Shown here: positions 11,591-25,700 of the stretch, in pieces
Position numbering within the stretch: the first letter of the stretch is position 1
How the letters are laid out: each line of letters opens with the position of its first letter
Made by a program: the position numbers and the translations under genes
From: Takakia lepidozioides
Taxonomy: Eukaryota > Plantae > Bryophyta
Length of the DNA: 64,000 bases
Direction: 5' to 3'
Assembly (NCBI GenBank): GCA_030704615.1
Contig: CM060731.1
Location: 36,704,001 to 36,768,000, forward strand
The notes under the pieces: generated by a model
The model's database searches: none
Seen by the model: only the letters and a program-made list of their open reading frames with translations
Told to the model about the DNA's origin: nothing

Positions 11591-12184
11591 ATTGTAGAGC
11601 ATAATGGGCTTGGCATCCTCAGACTATAGCCATTGTCCAACTATAAGTTGCAATGCAGCTTTGCAAAACTTAGGCCATTGATAGATATTTGTTCTTGAAG
11701 AACTCTGAGGACAAGTCTCGGTGCAAGTTCCAGCTGTGCGAGCTCCTGTAGAGTACGCATAATTTGCAACACAATGATAGGATTGAGATAGTGGTAGTCA
11801 CTAGGAGCTAACTCTTGATATGTATATATATACTAGGACTGCTTTTGTAGCAGACCTTATAATCCTTGACATTCTGATGGCCTCCCTGTGCCAGATACAT
11901 GTACGTCCCAGTGATGGCCGGGATCATTTTATTGACATTTTCCTTTCACAGGCGTGACATCTTGACATCCTTCCACTTGCACTTCAGTTCTTTGTATACA
12001 TATTCCATTTTAACTTGACATTGTATGTGACTTGGTCCACGACTAGAGGGCTTTCTAGGAACATGATGTCCACGGAAATAAAGCCGTGGGACACACGACT
12101 ACTAAACCTTGCTTCCTATCCTAAACCACTAAACCATGGCGGCGTGAGTAGGCTCACGTGAGCATGCTCATAGGTTCACGTGAG

Positions 12185-12550
12185 CCTTAGTATGTTCAAT
12201 TCGGGTAGAAGCAGACGCATACAGGTTTTCATGGCGAAATGAAACTCAGACAATAGTGCCCTCAGTGTATTTATTCTGGGTATAAGCATGCGCATACAGG
12301 TTTTTATGGCGAAATGAATATCAGACAACAATTTCCTTGGTGTGTTCATTCTGGGTATAAGCAGACGCATACATGTTTTCATGGCGAAATGAATCTTAGA
12401 CAATAGTGCCCTCAGTGTGTTCATTTTGGGTATAAGCATACAGGTTTTCATGACAAAATGAATCTCAGACATCAGTTTCCTCACTGTGTTCATTATGGGT
12501 ATAAGCAGACGGATATAGGTTTCCATGGACAAATTTATCTCAGACAACAT
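12185..12550. repeat. 75-bp minisatellite, about 5 copies
   Basis: The unit core GCAGACGCATACAGGTTTTCATGGCGAAATGAA occurs at about 12211, 12286, 12361, 12432 (6-bp deletion) and 12505. Confidence 0.9.
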
Positions 12551-12836
12551 TATTTTAAAAAAGAAAGAAAAAAAGGGGACAGTGGCCTGATATTTCATAT
12601 GCGTGCATACCCGTTTTCATAAAATAAAATAAAATAGAATTCCATAATTTCTTTTGAACCAAATCTGAATCCATATTTTATTTTATAAATAAAGTAAAAT
12701 TCCATAATTCTTTCAATGAATGACATAATAAATAAATCTGATTTATTTTGGAATAACATACATTGATGTCAGTTTTGAATCTGACTATATATTTTCATAT
12801 ATTGGTATATATATCTACACCTTCATGTCAGTTTAA

Positions 12837-14503
12837 CCCTTAATTTCCCAAGCGACCTAAATCGGACTCCGAATTTTCAGTTCCACCTAATTTCTGCAGA
12901 TCTAATCTGATGGGGCCCACTCCTGAAGGTTTAATGATAAGGGATTTGTCTCCAGTATGATGCAAAAATTAAAAAAAAAAAAAAAAGCTACGATCTACAA
13001 AAAATATCTTAGATCACTTATTTACGTTTTGGGCCTGAAAAGGGCTTGTTGACCGCTGATGTGGCCGGTAAACAAGCCCAAAACATGTTTGCACTCCGAA
13101 GGCCATTTTTGGCAGAAAATAAGCAATTTTGTGAAAAAACACTTCACCTTGTGGTGTGTGAGCATTACATACACACATCCACCGTTGGCTTTTAAAAAAT
13201 TTGTAGAAAAAAAAGTACTTCATTTGGAGGCACATTTTCTCTTGTCAATTTTGAGATTTCAACCCCTATGTAATTGCATGTAAAGCAACCATAGGTGAAA
13301 AAATCAGTTGGACCTGCAATCTAGTGGGGTCATGGCCACTCCACTATTGATTTGGAAATGGTGGGTCTTGGGGCAAGTAAAATTGGATAAAGCTACGTTT
13401 TGATTTGGTCAAACCAATTTCTTTCTCACTTTTTCTTTGGGACCTCATATTTGAGGTCCGGGCCTACGCTATAATCTCACAATTTCCACGGTGGACTTGG
13501 CTCCTTTTTTGGTATGTCATGCATCAATGAGCTGGGCCATTGCTATAAGGTTGGAATCTCTGGATGATTTTCGGTAGGTTTCTAGGGGCAATTTACTGCA
13601 GCTGGGTACCCAAAATTGGAAAAAGGTCAAAAAAGGGCTTGGGATAAGCCCTTACAGATAAGCCATTGGCACACAAGAGCAAAACGTCACCCCCAGACCA
13701 ACCGGTCACAAAACAAATCATACCGCAGGACAGAGTAGCAGGATTTGAGCCCTGAACTGAAAATTAAAAAAAAAACAAAAGCTTGGACCTACAAAAAATA
13801 TCTTAGATCTCTCATTTACGTTTTGGGCCTGAAAAGGGCTTGTTGATCGCTGACGTGACGGGTAAACAAGCCCAAAACATGTTTGCACTCTGAAGGCCAT
13901 TTTTGGCAGAAAATTAGCAATTTTGGAAAAAGCACTTCACCTTGTGGTGTGTGAGCATTACATACACACATCCACCATTGTCTTTTAAAAAATTTGTAGA
14001 AGAAAAAGTACTTCATTTGGAGGCACATTTTCTCTTGTCAATTTTGAGATTTCAACCCCTATGTAATTGCATGTATAGCAACCATAGGTGAAAAAATCAG
14101 TTGGACCTGCAATTTAGTGGGGTCATGGCCACTCCACTATTGATTTGGAAATGGTGTGTCTTGGGGCAAGTAAAATTGGATAAAGCTACGTTTTGATTTG
14201 GTCAAACCAATTTCTTTCTCACTTTTTCTTTGGGACCTCATATTTGAGGTCCGGACCAACGCTATAATCTCACAAAATTTTTAAACCGTGGAGGCGTCAT
14301 ACTTTTTTTTTCCCCCTTTTTTTTTCTAACAATTTCCACGGTGGACTTGGCTGATTTTTTGGTATGTCATGCATGAATGAGCTGGGTCCACTGCTATAAG
14401 GCTGGAATCTCTGGATGATATTTGGTAGGTTTCTAGGGGCAATTTACTGCAGCTGGGTACGCAAAATTATTAAATAGTAAAAAAGGGCCTGGAAAATTAA
14501 GGG
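12837..14503. mobile_element. piggyBac-like non-autonomous element (TTAA TSD, CCC termini) with an internal ~790-bp tandem duplication
   Basis: TTAA at 12833-12836 and 14504-14507. TIR CCCTTAATTTCCCAAGC versus CCCTTAATTTTCCAGGC (15/17). Internal direct repeats at about 12965-13620 and 13760-14468. No coding capacity recognised. Confidence 0.75.
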
Positions 14504-15448
14504 TTAAATATCCTAGATAAATTTTTATTGAAATGAGATAAAATGACATTTTAAAACTAAATAAAATAAATATTTAGTATTTCTGGTCCACTGTCTATCC
14601 TGCTAAATATGGGAATGAGTTTCTATTTGGATTTAAAAGTCAAAATGATGATATGAGATGTGTAAGAATCACGCGGGATGTTTGTAAAGTTAGTGCTATT
14701 TGATGAGTATGTGGCGGTGTGTTTGTTATCATGATATTGTACATAACCCTCCAGGTTGTACACATGGTGTCCTGTTTTCTTTCTCATTGTTTCCGACATC
14801 CTCTTTGGCTTGCAATGGCCTCTGACATGCATGACCATGCAACTTTATACGTTGATGGAAATTCAATTCCATTCATATTAGGATGGGTTTGTCATTGTCC
14901 AGGCACAAGATGTTGCACTTTGATTCAATCTAGAAGTGGATTCTTTGTTCATAAAAAGAAAAATCTTCAAGTCCGATGGGGTGCTTTATGGGACATTGTA
15001 CCAAAAATCTTATCCTTCAAGGAGTGGAAGACTTGATTCATTGTTTTTTTATGACCAATTTGTTGTCTTTACGTGAGTGTCAACCAAATGCATTAATTGA
15101 TCTCGATGTGTTCCATTTGTACATATGTTCCAATCTTTCGGTATGGTTTGAAGTACATTTTTGAATTATCATTTTTTTGCTTTTTCGAATATAGGGTCAC
15201 TATGTAGTAATCCGCGAAAATACGTCTCTTTTCTTAATGTTTTGACGACCCATCCATGCTCATAATCATATATAATTTATATAATGGGCTCACGATTTCG
15301 AGCTCACCGCTCACGGTTGAGTGTCCCTTCATTTATACTTCGCCAAATTTGAACTTAGTCAAATTTCGAGACCAAGTATGAGTGTAACCCTGAAAAGTGT
15401 TCCACACCCCGTCCTGTAACCCAAAGTAGAGTCACACTCCCCACCATG

Positions 15449-15752
15449 CAACCCAGTGTAAGCCCGATTGGAGTTTACATTCCTTCAAATCCATTTCACT
15501 CTCAAGAGAGGGTGGGGAGGATTTGACATGCCAAAAACCGACGGTACCCGTCCTGTTAGAGGTTGCCTGTGTGCATTAAGTTCTTATCTCATTTCTAGGA
15601 GAATACTAGAAATGAGGTTCGAACTTAATGCACACATGCATCCTCTAAAAGGATGGTGCGCCAATTTTTGGCATGTCAAATCTTCCCCACCTTCTCTTGA
15701 GAGTGACATGGAACTGAAGGTGTAAACTCCAATCCGGGGTTACATTGGGTTA
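15449..15752. repeat. Long fold-back hairpin / MITE (~150-bp arms, ~8-nt loop)
   Basis: 15449-15598 is the imperfect reverse complement of 15607-15752, for example GATTGGAGTTTACA/TGTAAACTCCAATC, GATTTGACATGCCAAAAA/TTTTTGGCATGTCAAATC and CTCATTTCTAG/CTAGAAATGAG. Confidence 0.9.
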
Positions 15753-16431
15753 CATTGGGTTACACCGGGTATGAAGAGACTGCAATTGTGCACAATACAA
15801 CGGTTCCTATGTAAGCTCTATTTACTTTATGTCGATCATCTAAAATGTGTTATGGTTCAACATCCAACAGAAAAATCTACCTTAAACGGTCATGGATTCA
15901 AACTGCATGGACGTATGTTGGATATCACACATCATAGCCAACCCAACTATTGAAAATGGCTCATTGGATCAACTAACCACCTAATATATGGTTACGGAAA
16001 AGGGGAAAGTAGCCGCAAGGTGAAGTGACTCTGAGATACGCCGGCTTTGGCTTCAAGTCCTTTGAAGGTTTGGACAACTGTGTTGCTTTCACTGAGAAGA
16101 CAATAGGAGAATACCTTCCAAGTGAGCAATTAGATCCACTAAAACTGCAGCCTACTATAGCTGCTCCATAGACATGATGTGTTTCTGCCCTAGTTCACCT
16201 CTCCTGGTACAACAAGCATCCAGATTGCCGCTCAAGGGGCGAGCAATTGATCGCTCCCACATTGGGATTTCCTCAAGAAACGGCTTTGGAGATCTTTTGT
16301 CTATACTCTCCATTTGCACTTTACGTGAATGAGGAAATGAGAAGGAGCAAGAGAGAAACAGAGAACAGAAGGAAGTAGTGGCAGGTGGGGGTGGAGAGGG
16401 GAAAAAGTAGAGCAAGACATGGAATTTCCCA

Positions 16432-19400
16432 TTATGACCATGCTTCAACTGTGTAACGTCCCACACGCTCAAGATCTTTCAGGTATCGCAATGCTGACTC
16501 CTGAGGCCACCCTGTCTCACCCTCCACCACACTCTCCAAGGCAGATGCAACATCAGCAGGCATTTTGTTGGCAGATCCCGCAATATAAACAGCTCCCCCA
16601 GACTGCAACAGCTGCCACACCTTCTTCCCCTGTCCATAGAGAATCAAAATCTAAGCATCATATATATGTTGAACAGCTGTGCAATGAGTATCATGAGCTT
16701 CCCAACAATGGGTATCATTCCCCACTCAGGTGGACACATGTTTATCTCTGTATACCAGGATCTTTGCCTTTTTATTCACCCAGGCATAAGGTGGGTCACT
16801 GGGTAAACTGATTCTCCACCAACTGATATGGGTGTAGGGTGACAATAGCTGCCAGAATTCCTTGCCTGCTCAAAAAATATAAGTAGGCTTCTACCTAACT
16901 GTCAGCAAATCAAGGTGTTGACTGAACAGAAAAACAATAGCACAACATACAGGGTATAGACCGAGACTATTGTAAAGAAGTCTTGACTGTTGGCTCCTTA
17001 ACATGGTGATAGCCATAGTTCTATACACATGCACATATTGGGGGCTCAATAAAAGGAGAGCAATTCTCTATGAGAACAATTTTGTCCATGCTGAACTGAC
17101 AGACCAAATCGATCACTACAGAAGATCACATTGCAGTCCTATGGGCATTGATTATTTCTACAAGACGGCCCTCAGCTTTGACATCTCCAATGCTAGGTTT
17201 GGAGGAAATCCACAATACCTGTTCCTGAATCTTCTGCTGGACATAAACTTTCTCAGCCTGATCCCTTGAAAACGCAACAAAGAAGCCCCCTCCAACCTCT
17301 TCTGACAGAAGAGCCTGCCCTTTTGCCCAAGCTAGCCACCTTTCTTCATAGAGAAAATCTTTTGCCCGCTTACGGCAACCAAAAAAGAACAAAATTGGGG
17401 CAACTGGTTCTCCAGAGTGTGATATCACCTCTCTCTCTTCCACAAATGCACGAAATGGTGCACAACCTGTGCCGGGCCCAACAAGCATCAATGGAACAGA
17501 ATGAGGGGGTAACCTCAGGGCACCGCTGGTAAACCAAACGGGGACAAAGGTTTTACCACATTTGGGGTCCAAGTCGGCCAGCCAGGAAGAGCATAGACCG
17601 CGCCTCTTTCTCTTAAAGGGAGTAAGCCACTCAACAACTGCCACAGTAATGTGAGCTTCATTTGGATGTGCCTGGAGAGACGAGGAGATTGAGAACGACC
17701 GGGGTTGAAGACGGGGCACTGTTTGCAACAGCCACTCAAGGGGTAACTGCACACAAGAACATTGGCTTTTGAGAAAAAGCTGCAGGAATCTAAACCAGGA
17801 ATTCTAATCTGGTGAAATGACAGGTGTGAACGATACAGGTGTCATCTGACCAGGGGTGAAAACACAGGTGTCATCTCACGAAAACACTGGTGTTATGATT
17901 AGGTGATGCTGATCATCTCACCAGGTGTGAAAAACACTTGCAAAGCCAGATCAACCTCTAGTTTTTTTCCTAGAATACACAAACCATAGGCATAAGGTAG
18001 ATCAAGAGGAGAAAACATCAAGTACCACCACTGCATTATGACACATTTCAAAGGCAGCAAGTCAAAGCAAAGTAGCACTTCAATTTCTTTCCATTCTACT
18101 GTAGTGTTATCAAGAGCTTTGAAGGTTTCTGCAGCCAAAACCCCTTAGAGTAGTCTTTGCACAAAATGTGGTCTTAGACTTAAAATGGGGCACAAAGGAT
18201 ATAGCTGGAGGCCTCAACTTATAATCAAAGCCCTCATTTGCATCTACTTGAATGCTTTGTGATGGCAGTAGGAAGAAACTTTATGTGGCTGTACGCTATT
18301 ATTGGTATAACACCGTGGTTGTAATGCCCCACCTGACGTATAACAAGCTTTAGTAAAGGTTGAATCACAAAGCTGGCTCAGAAAGAAGAGCAACTCTGTA
18401 TTACGATCATCACCAACTGGGAGGGATTGTATCCTGCTGTGTCGATGATGTAAGTCTATGGCATCACTAACTCCAATCCCCTGACAAGTTCGATGCAACA
18501 GCCAAGAATGCACCTCAGGCTGCAGAATGTCTACAAAAGAGTATAAATCAGAAATTTCTCAGTAACAAGATAACCTGGACAGAAGGGAAATCTTCCAAGA
18601 CTTCCAGCACCGTCCGCCTCTCCCTTTGGTTGTAACGGTAGAGATCGTCGCGACCCTCTGGGGTTGCAAAATATTGTAGTCTCTCTCTCTCATGCTCAGC
18701 CTTAGCAAAGTGGCTCATGACTTCAAAAAAATAGCGGCGGGGGGAAGCCGAATCGATGTCCATCAGAGTTTCCACGAGTGTTCTGACTGGGATCGCAACC
18801 TTTTTTGCAAGTTCACCTTTGTAATATGCCGCACTGGAAGAGACAGTATCAAACTCTGCAGCTTCTACTGTCACATACGCATCTGGGTCCAGCTCACAGC
18901 GCTTCAAGAATGCATTGACAGATGTCAGGTTCTGGCTTGGTAGTAGCGTCAATATATCCCCGGGTGCATATCGGGCACCCTGCACTTTTAAGTACCACCC
19001 ACCATATGAGAGAGCTATCTTAAAAGAAACTATTGATGTTCCTTCATGTCATGGGCATGTCTATGTCCACAATGCCCTAATTGCTAATTACATCTTCCTC
19101 TCTTCTCTACATAAATGAGTGTCCACTCTGCAGTGAGAAGGCTATGGTAACCCATTCGCTCTGTGACTGAAGAAGAATCAAATGAATGCTTTCAAAACTG
19201 GGAATAGCTGGTCATGGAGATGTGCACAGGCAATCTAGTAATGTACCAAACACCAGAGTAATTGAAGAGTTCATTTTGGTGTATTGATACTGACACAGGT
19301 GCATTCTTATTGATTCCCAAAGAGACTACTTACCGAGTTCCCCAAGTCAAACTCCATATGTCGGACGTCTTGGTCATGGTCTTTTGCTGTGAGGCGCTTA

Positions 19401-21243
19401 TTCTGCAACAACTGGGCAAACACTGGCCTGCTGGGGGGGCTATAGACTGAGCTGTTGCCATCATGGTCTGTAGAGGCTGTGAAGGGATTTCCTGCAGCTT
19501 CAACCATAGCCCGTGCTCTGCTGCATTCAACCCACCTGTCCAATGACCTCCGTTTTCAAAAGACAATCGACAAGGCTGCCTTCGAGAGACTTGTTTGAAA
19601 TGCTAAGCTTCTTCCATTGCAGTTGACAGGTTTCAGAGCTATTTGCAATTACTTGATCTTACTTGCGGGAAAACTTTCATTTAACCAGACTGGGTCTATC
19701 TATAACATCTACCTTGTTGGATGACCAGGCATACACTGATAGAAGGCAGCCTGAGCCTGCTGAAGATAGTAATACCAACTGATGAATGTTATATTTAAGA
19801 AACCTTGATGGCATATCAAAAGGAGGACTGTTTAAGTAAAACCACTACCAGGGGTTAATATATTGACGGTGGAGTATGAGAGAACTGTTAGCAGTTGAAG
19901 AGAATGCGGGAGAGCGCGAAGTCCCAAAAGCTTCCAATGTACCTAGCAGAGCTGCAGAAATCATAATTCATTTACTGTATGATGATTTATGTCCTAACAC
20001 TATTTCCCCACCCCAGAAAGCCCTTGCACACACTAAAGTGGAACAACTGCAACAACCCCAGTAAACTCCTGATCACATAGATGTTGTCAACTTGCATTAG
20101 ACAAGAAGCTCACACACCTTTCCACAATGTCCGTCTTCAACTCGTCGGGCAGGGCAGCCAGCTGTGCCTCTGGTGATGTTGGAAGATGAACTGTAACACG
20201 ATATCTGGGAGGGTCCAGCACAGTAATGCCTGCACTGACAGAATTCTTGTCAGATATGGAAGCCTAGATGTTCGTGGCACATAGCAATCATCTGAATGAC
20301 AACACGTCCCGCCCAGGAGAGAGGTCCAAACAAATAAGAATCATGCCATCAGACCATGACAAAGTCAAGTTACATACTCCACCACAAGATGCTAACGATA
20401 CCGAGACCCGCCTTAGTTACTTGGAAACATGTAAGGAAGTATACTTTGGAAATAAGGAGTAGAAAGCAAGATCTCGGTGAAAACAAATGTCAAGGGTGCA
20501 AGACGGTATGCAGTGTATCTTGGGATTGGATATATCACCCTAGTGAGAATCACGTGTCCAGCATTAAACCCACAATACACCCACTATGAAGGATTAACTT
20601 ATAGATTCCTGGGGTCTTTGCACTGAGGGCCCGCAGCCATTTCCTTCAGAGATCGCCACACTATCAACTTCAAGACCCAGCATCAACAATCCATAATCAC
20701 CATAGACCTATGCCAAGAGTACCAACCTGTGTCTCCGGCCTGGGGGTCAGCAAGACCTGCAGGAACAGGCACCCTCTCTCTCAAGGACGCCCAGAGAGAC
20801 ACAAGCCATGGGTCCAATGCTGCCTCGAACCCTGAAGGATGCTGATCATCGCCCAAACCTTTTGCAAGAAGCGCATGCCCACCGAGATCCAACAGCCGAC
20901 GGTCGAGCTTCTTACCCGTTATATTGTACTTCTGGTAGCCCGAGTCGCCCAAGCCGAACACAGCGAAATGGACGCCCTCGAGCCAGCGATGCCCCAGGCT
21001 TTTTCGGAGCAGGAACTTCCAGAAAGCCTTCATAGGGTCAGGGAGATCCCCCTGGCCGGTCGTGGAGACTACGAAAACCACAAATTGCGTGCCAGGAAGA
21101 TGGCCAGGGTTGTATCCCTGCATTGACATTACCAAGGGCTGGTAATGACGGCGGGCGGCCTCCCTGCTAATGCGTTCAGCCACATCTTGTGCATTCCCTG
21201 TCTGTGTTGCATGTAAAATCAAGAGCTTTTGCCGCTCCTCCAT
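16432..21243 (-). CDS. ATR3: NADPH-dependent diflavin oxidoreductase 1 (ATR3/NDOR1/Tah18), 6 coding exons
   Basis: Exons 21243-20727, 20229-20118, 19535-19334, 18979-18575, 17746-17219 and 16629-16432, all GT-AG and phase-consistent. Motifs: flavodoxin ATQTGNAQDVAE, STTGQGD and FGLGDSGYQKYN; FAD RSFSISSS; NADPH GPGTGCAPFRAF and FFFGCR; C-terminus EAWS. Confidence 0.96.
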
Positions 21244-22789
21244 CTAGCGTAAACTGAATCCAAAACCCCACAGATGATTAGATGAGATATGTGACAGATA
21301 GAGAAGACACACGGGTACTTCAAAACTACAAGTCCAAAGAGCGACACTCTGAAGTGACACTGCCAAACCAGGCATTGGCCATGCAAGCTCTCACGTTTGA
21401 AACTACCGGTGGACAAATCGAGTGCAGAGCACACTGTCAACCACCCACCTCTTACCTTGGAAGCCGCAAGCACCACAAGGCCAAAGAAGCCCACAACCTT
21501 TGATCGAACGTTCACTCCCAGTGATTGCCCACCGGCTATTTCAGCCTCGTAATGAAGATGCAGTCAGTTATGCAGCTGGTAACTTAGTGGGCATGCAGTG
21601 TATGCATTCATGACCTTTCTATGTACTTGACGTGGAGATTTTAGAAACATTTCTCAACTTCTCAGAACTTGGGGGTGTGATGAATGCGACTGCTTTTTGA
21701 GGTGGGGCAAGTAGAAATTGCATTAAGTTTTGAGAAGGCAAATGCAATCTGTCAGGCCCCTCTTCAATCTTCATGCCTTTGGAAAACACTGGAAAAGTGG
21801 AGAAAAGTATCATATTATTATATCTATATTCTATTAGGTGCAAGACAGAGCAGCCTACCAGGCAGGAAGTCCACACTTTGTCTTCATTCTCCCAAGAGAG
21901 GCTCCAAATTCTATCAAGAACTGTGCAAATGCATGAAGCTACATACAAGTATAAGTGGGCAGTGTACTGCACAGGGAAACCAGTGTTGTCCACTTTGCTC
22001 TTTGTGAGACAGTGGAGGACAAGAGACATGTAATGAATTTTAGAGCATTCAACTTCACCAATCCCTCAGACTAACTTTTCAAGCTTGTTGGATAAACACA
22101 AAGCCCTAGTATTCACTGCTTTTCTCTCTAGATAGTCATATATTAGAGGTGAGGTCCAAGGCATTTTAAGTAGAGATAACTTAAGCCTGATTTGATGCAA
22201 AACCCTGGTGGTCCTAAGGGAGATAGTTTGCATAGTCCATATCTTGACAAAAAAGCGCATTACTTGAAGGTGTTACGGGTTATTGCAAGACAGTTGTGGC
22301 AGTAGAAAGCGAAAGAGATGGATCCAAGCCCTTGCTCTTCATTACCAAACACAGTCACAATCAACTCAAAAACCTGCCTCAGCAAGCCGAATGATATGTA
22401 TGATGGCCAGCGGAAGACCAACAGAGATTGTCCAGCTTACTACTATACACTGATAGATTTGCACTGCGCCAGAATTAAAAAGCCTATCAATCTTTGCTTA
22501 TCTCTGCAACTATTTCCACCCACAGCTGCTCTACTCTAACAAAATTCTTTTGAGACCTAAAATCGTCCTTGAGATGGATATTCCTGTTCAGACCAAACTT
22601 GAGAGTAAGGAGTACCAATAAAAGAACCTAGACTGCTATCGCTGTTCAGTCCCACCATTCAATTCAAGACAACGGTGAAACTTTACACCACGTACTAACA
22701 TTGCGTTACTGGATATTCGGCCCTTAAGATATTTGTTGAGGAGATCTACACGTCGCAGTTCTAAAAGTAATTTGCACAACAATCTAACT

Positions 22790-25700
22790 CTACTGCAACT
22801 CTTGAAAATAGTGGCTTAGCTGCTGGGCTCCAAGAAAGAACACATCAACTGCTGACACCACCGCCAACTGCACCACCCAGCACCTCCCTCAAAGCTGTAT
22901 AAATACCAAATACACTGCCATGCACAATGGGGACCCTCACAAACCTTCCAACAACCACTCACAGTCCAGTGTTGCAGGATTCAAAGCATCCTCTACGGAG
23001 AATGAAACATGCATACCCTATGGCTATGAACACGGGAGCATACATACCAGTCGGGCAAACAGCATCACTCGGTAGCCTAGACCTTGCTTTGCAGCTTCAA
23101 CCCTCTGTACATCTGTCCATCTGTTCCACCATAAAACAGTTGAATGAGTCAAAGGTTTCATATCAAGGTTGTTGTCGTAAGTGCAGGAGTCAAGCAAGGT
23201 TGAACTCACTAGCATCCCATTGGTGGTTTCCGCCCAACATCTTTCCCCTGGTTATGTTACACTTTAAAAGCAAAATCTGAGTGCCCTGCTGAGCATGTTG
23301 CTGGAACACGTCATGTGTCAGCGTGGATTCCCCCATTTCATCAATCGTCTTTTTTGTCCCATGTTTGTTCGCGCTGCTGACATCTATCAGGTCACAGAGA
23401 GATCAACCAGAGTGCCCCATGGACTTACCCAAGAAACTCTGACACCCCTCCAATGCCAGCGAAGTTGAAAGCCTGAGGGCCCTCTCTCTCCAAGTCCTGG
23501 TCCAAGACAAGGTGGCATCAGCTATATCCAACGAAGTACGTCTGTTAAATATCAGATTAAAAAACAAACAGACTTGAGAATCTCAAACCAGCGATTCTGA
23601 AGTGAACCAACATATTACACAATGGAGAGAGAGGATGCCTATTCCCCTTGCAGGTGCTGCTCTGTCAGGGGGTGGGCTGATTCTTTACAAAAAGTTATAT
23701 AACACCTGCTTTATAACCTTACAAAATCTTTTCCATCAGTGTCAAGGAGAAACCAATCAGGCAATGTTAAAATTGGAAGGCAGGTGATGGCAACAATACA
23801 CACCCCTTCCTGTGCACCATCAAGGCCTCCATTGAGCCAGAACAAATTCCTGTAGCCTGCTTTGTATAGCTGTTCGCATGCTGCCAGTGACCTGTCACAC
23901 ACTGACCGGGGTTCAAATCACCATACCCTGGGACATATCTATACATGATCAGCATAACCTATCCAATACCACCATAGAACACCTCTTGCACACAGTTTTG
24001 TCATACACTTGAGGGATGCATGGAACGTGAGATTTTAAATACCCTACATAAGTCCTTCGACTCATACAACGAGCAGCAAGTGATTAGGTTTTTCTTAATG
24101 AGCTATGGATGAAATCCATAGTCTCGATCGTAGGCCACAAGGCTAGGCTAAGCAAAGTCAACTGAATACAATGTTCTTGGCCTAGTCATATTCTGTACGA
24201 GGACGAAGTCAAACATACAGCAGCCTCTTCACTGACAAGTAAGCTTAGCCAGATTAACCACTTTGCAGATATATGAGGGACAGTCTACTTCCTCCTGCAG
24301 TGCAGTAGGTAATATTCAGAGCAAGAATCCTCTTAACACATATGGGAACAATGTTTCAATGGATGTCACTCAACATCCACACATGAAGACAAATAATTGC
24401 AGCTCCTCTGCTTGAAATTTTGGTGGAATTTTAAAATAATGGTATGTCGGGATAATCAGGCACTTGGCCCAATCCAACTTCACAACTCTACTTCATTCAA
24501 GCCGCGCCCTGTTGGTGGGCAAACCTCTTCCTTGAAACAGCAACAAATCTCTTCTCCTCCTTATAACTACAGAGTGGCAAGCGCAATAAAAGAAAAACCC
24601 TTTCTTTAGGAGGTATACGTGAACCCCATGCCCTCTTCTGTACTATCTTCATCTAAGAAAACGCAGAAGGAAGTTGCCGCACATAGCATAATGTTGCCAC
24701 ACTGGACGGATGATGCAAGGAAAGCATACCTAAGACCCTTCTGGCAGCCCACAATGATATTGGCACTCTTTGGGATTTTGGCAACCACATCAGGCATGAA
24801 TCGTCTGCGGCCACGAAAACAAGCATGAACCCTCAATTCAAGACAGTTTTGCCATGCCAAAAGCCTCACACTTCGATTAATCAATGCAGGTTGCTAATAA
24901 TCCACCACCAGACAAGCTCACAACTTCTGGCTGAATATTTTCTTTGGCACATAAGCACCAGGTACCTTGGGCATCCCATTGAGTGGTTGCAGAATGATCT
25001 CTTAGAAAACATCCCAGCTAAATTTCAAATTAGCATAGACCATAACAATATATCTGGTCCAACAGCAAAAATTGTAATAGCAGTTTTGAGCAAACCAGTG
25101 ATCATCCAAAGAACTATATCATGCGAGCTATATCTTGCTACACTAACCCCTTCAGATAGTAAAGATAAAGCATTAGTGACTTGGCTGGATCCTTACTCGT
25201 TGTATTTCATCAAAGGTAGTCCACTCCACCAACCTCCTGCACACACCGAAGTTTTGTCAGTCTTCTACATCTACCAAGCACATGTCTCCTGCTGTTTCTG
25301 TTGAAGACTGAAATCATGTAAAAGCATGTGTTTCAAAGATGAGGAATGAGATAAGTCAATGTAAGTTGATATCCTTCAGAAACTGAATGCGCTGTGGACA
25401 ATGCTGGATATGAGGGTGGATGCACAACAGACGATGTTCTCTTATCTGGCAGACTTCGCTTACTCATTGGAACAGAGCAGTCTGCTAGTTTATCAACAAT
25501 ATTATATAGATATTAGACGAGAGAGGAGCCACATACCCATAGAAAGATTTGAAAGCTTCTTTAGTAAAGTCCCTGGATCTAAGTTCTTATTGACATCATA
25601 CATCGGAATCCAGATTGAATCCTTCACCCAAGCCTGAAAGATTGAAGAACACACAAATATCAAAGCCATAGACATACATCTAGAAAATCCTCCAAGAGTG

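Noticed and set aside
11065-11640. Several Arg/Ala-rich ORFs up to 191 aa
   Set aside because: Artefacts of the GC-rich CACTA-like element; they run through a polyA tract.
14600-15260. Possible degenerate coding relic (DGVLYGTLYQK, faintly Penelope RT-like)
   Set aside because: Many stops and only one weak motif.
12132-15318. Larger element bounded by GTGAG/CTCAC-rich ends enclosing the minisatellite and the TTAA element
   Set aside because: End similarity is weak and no TSD was found.
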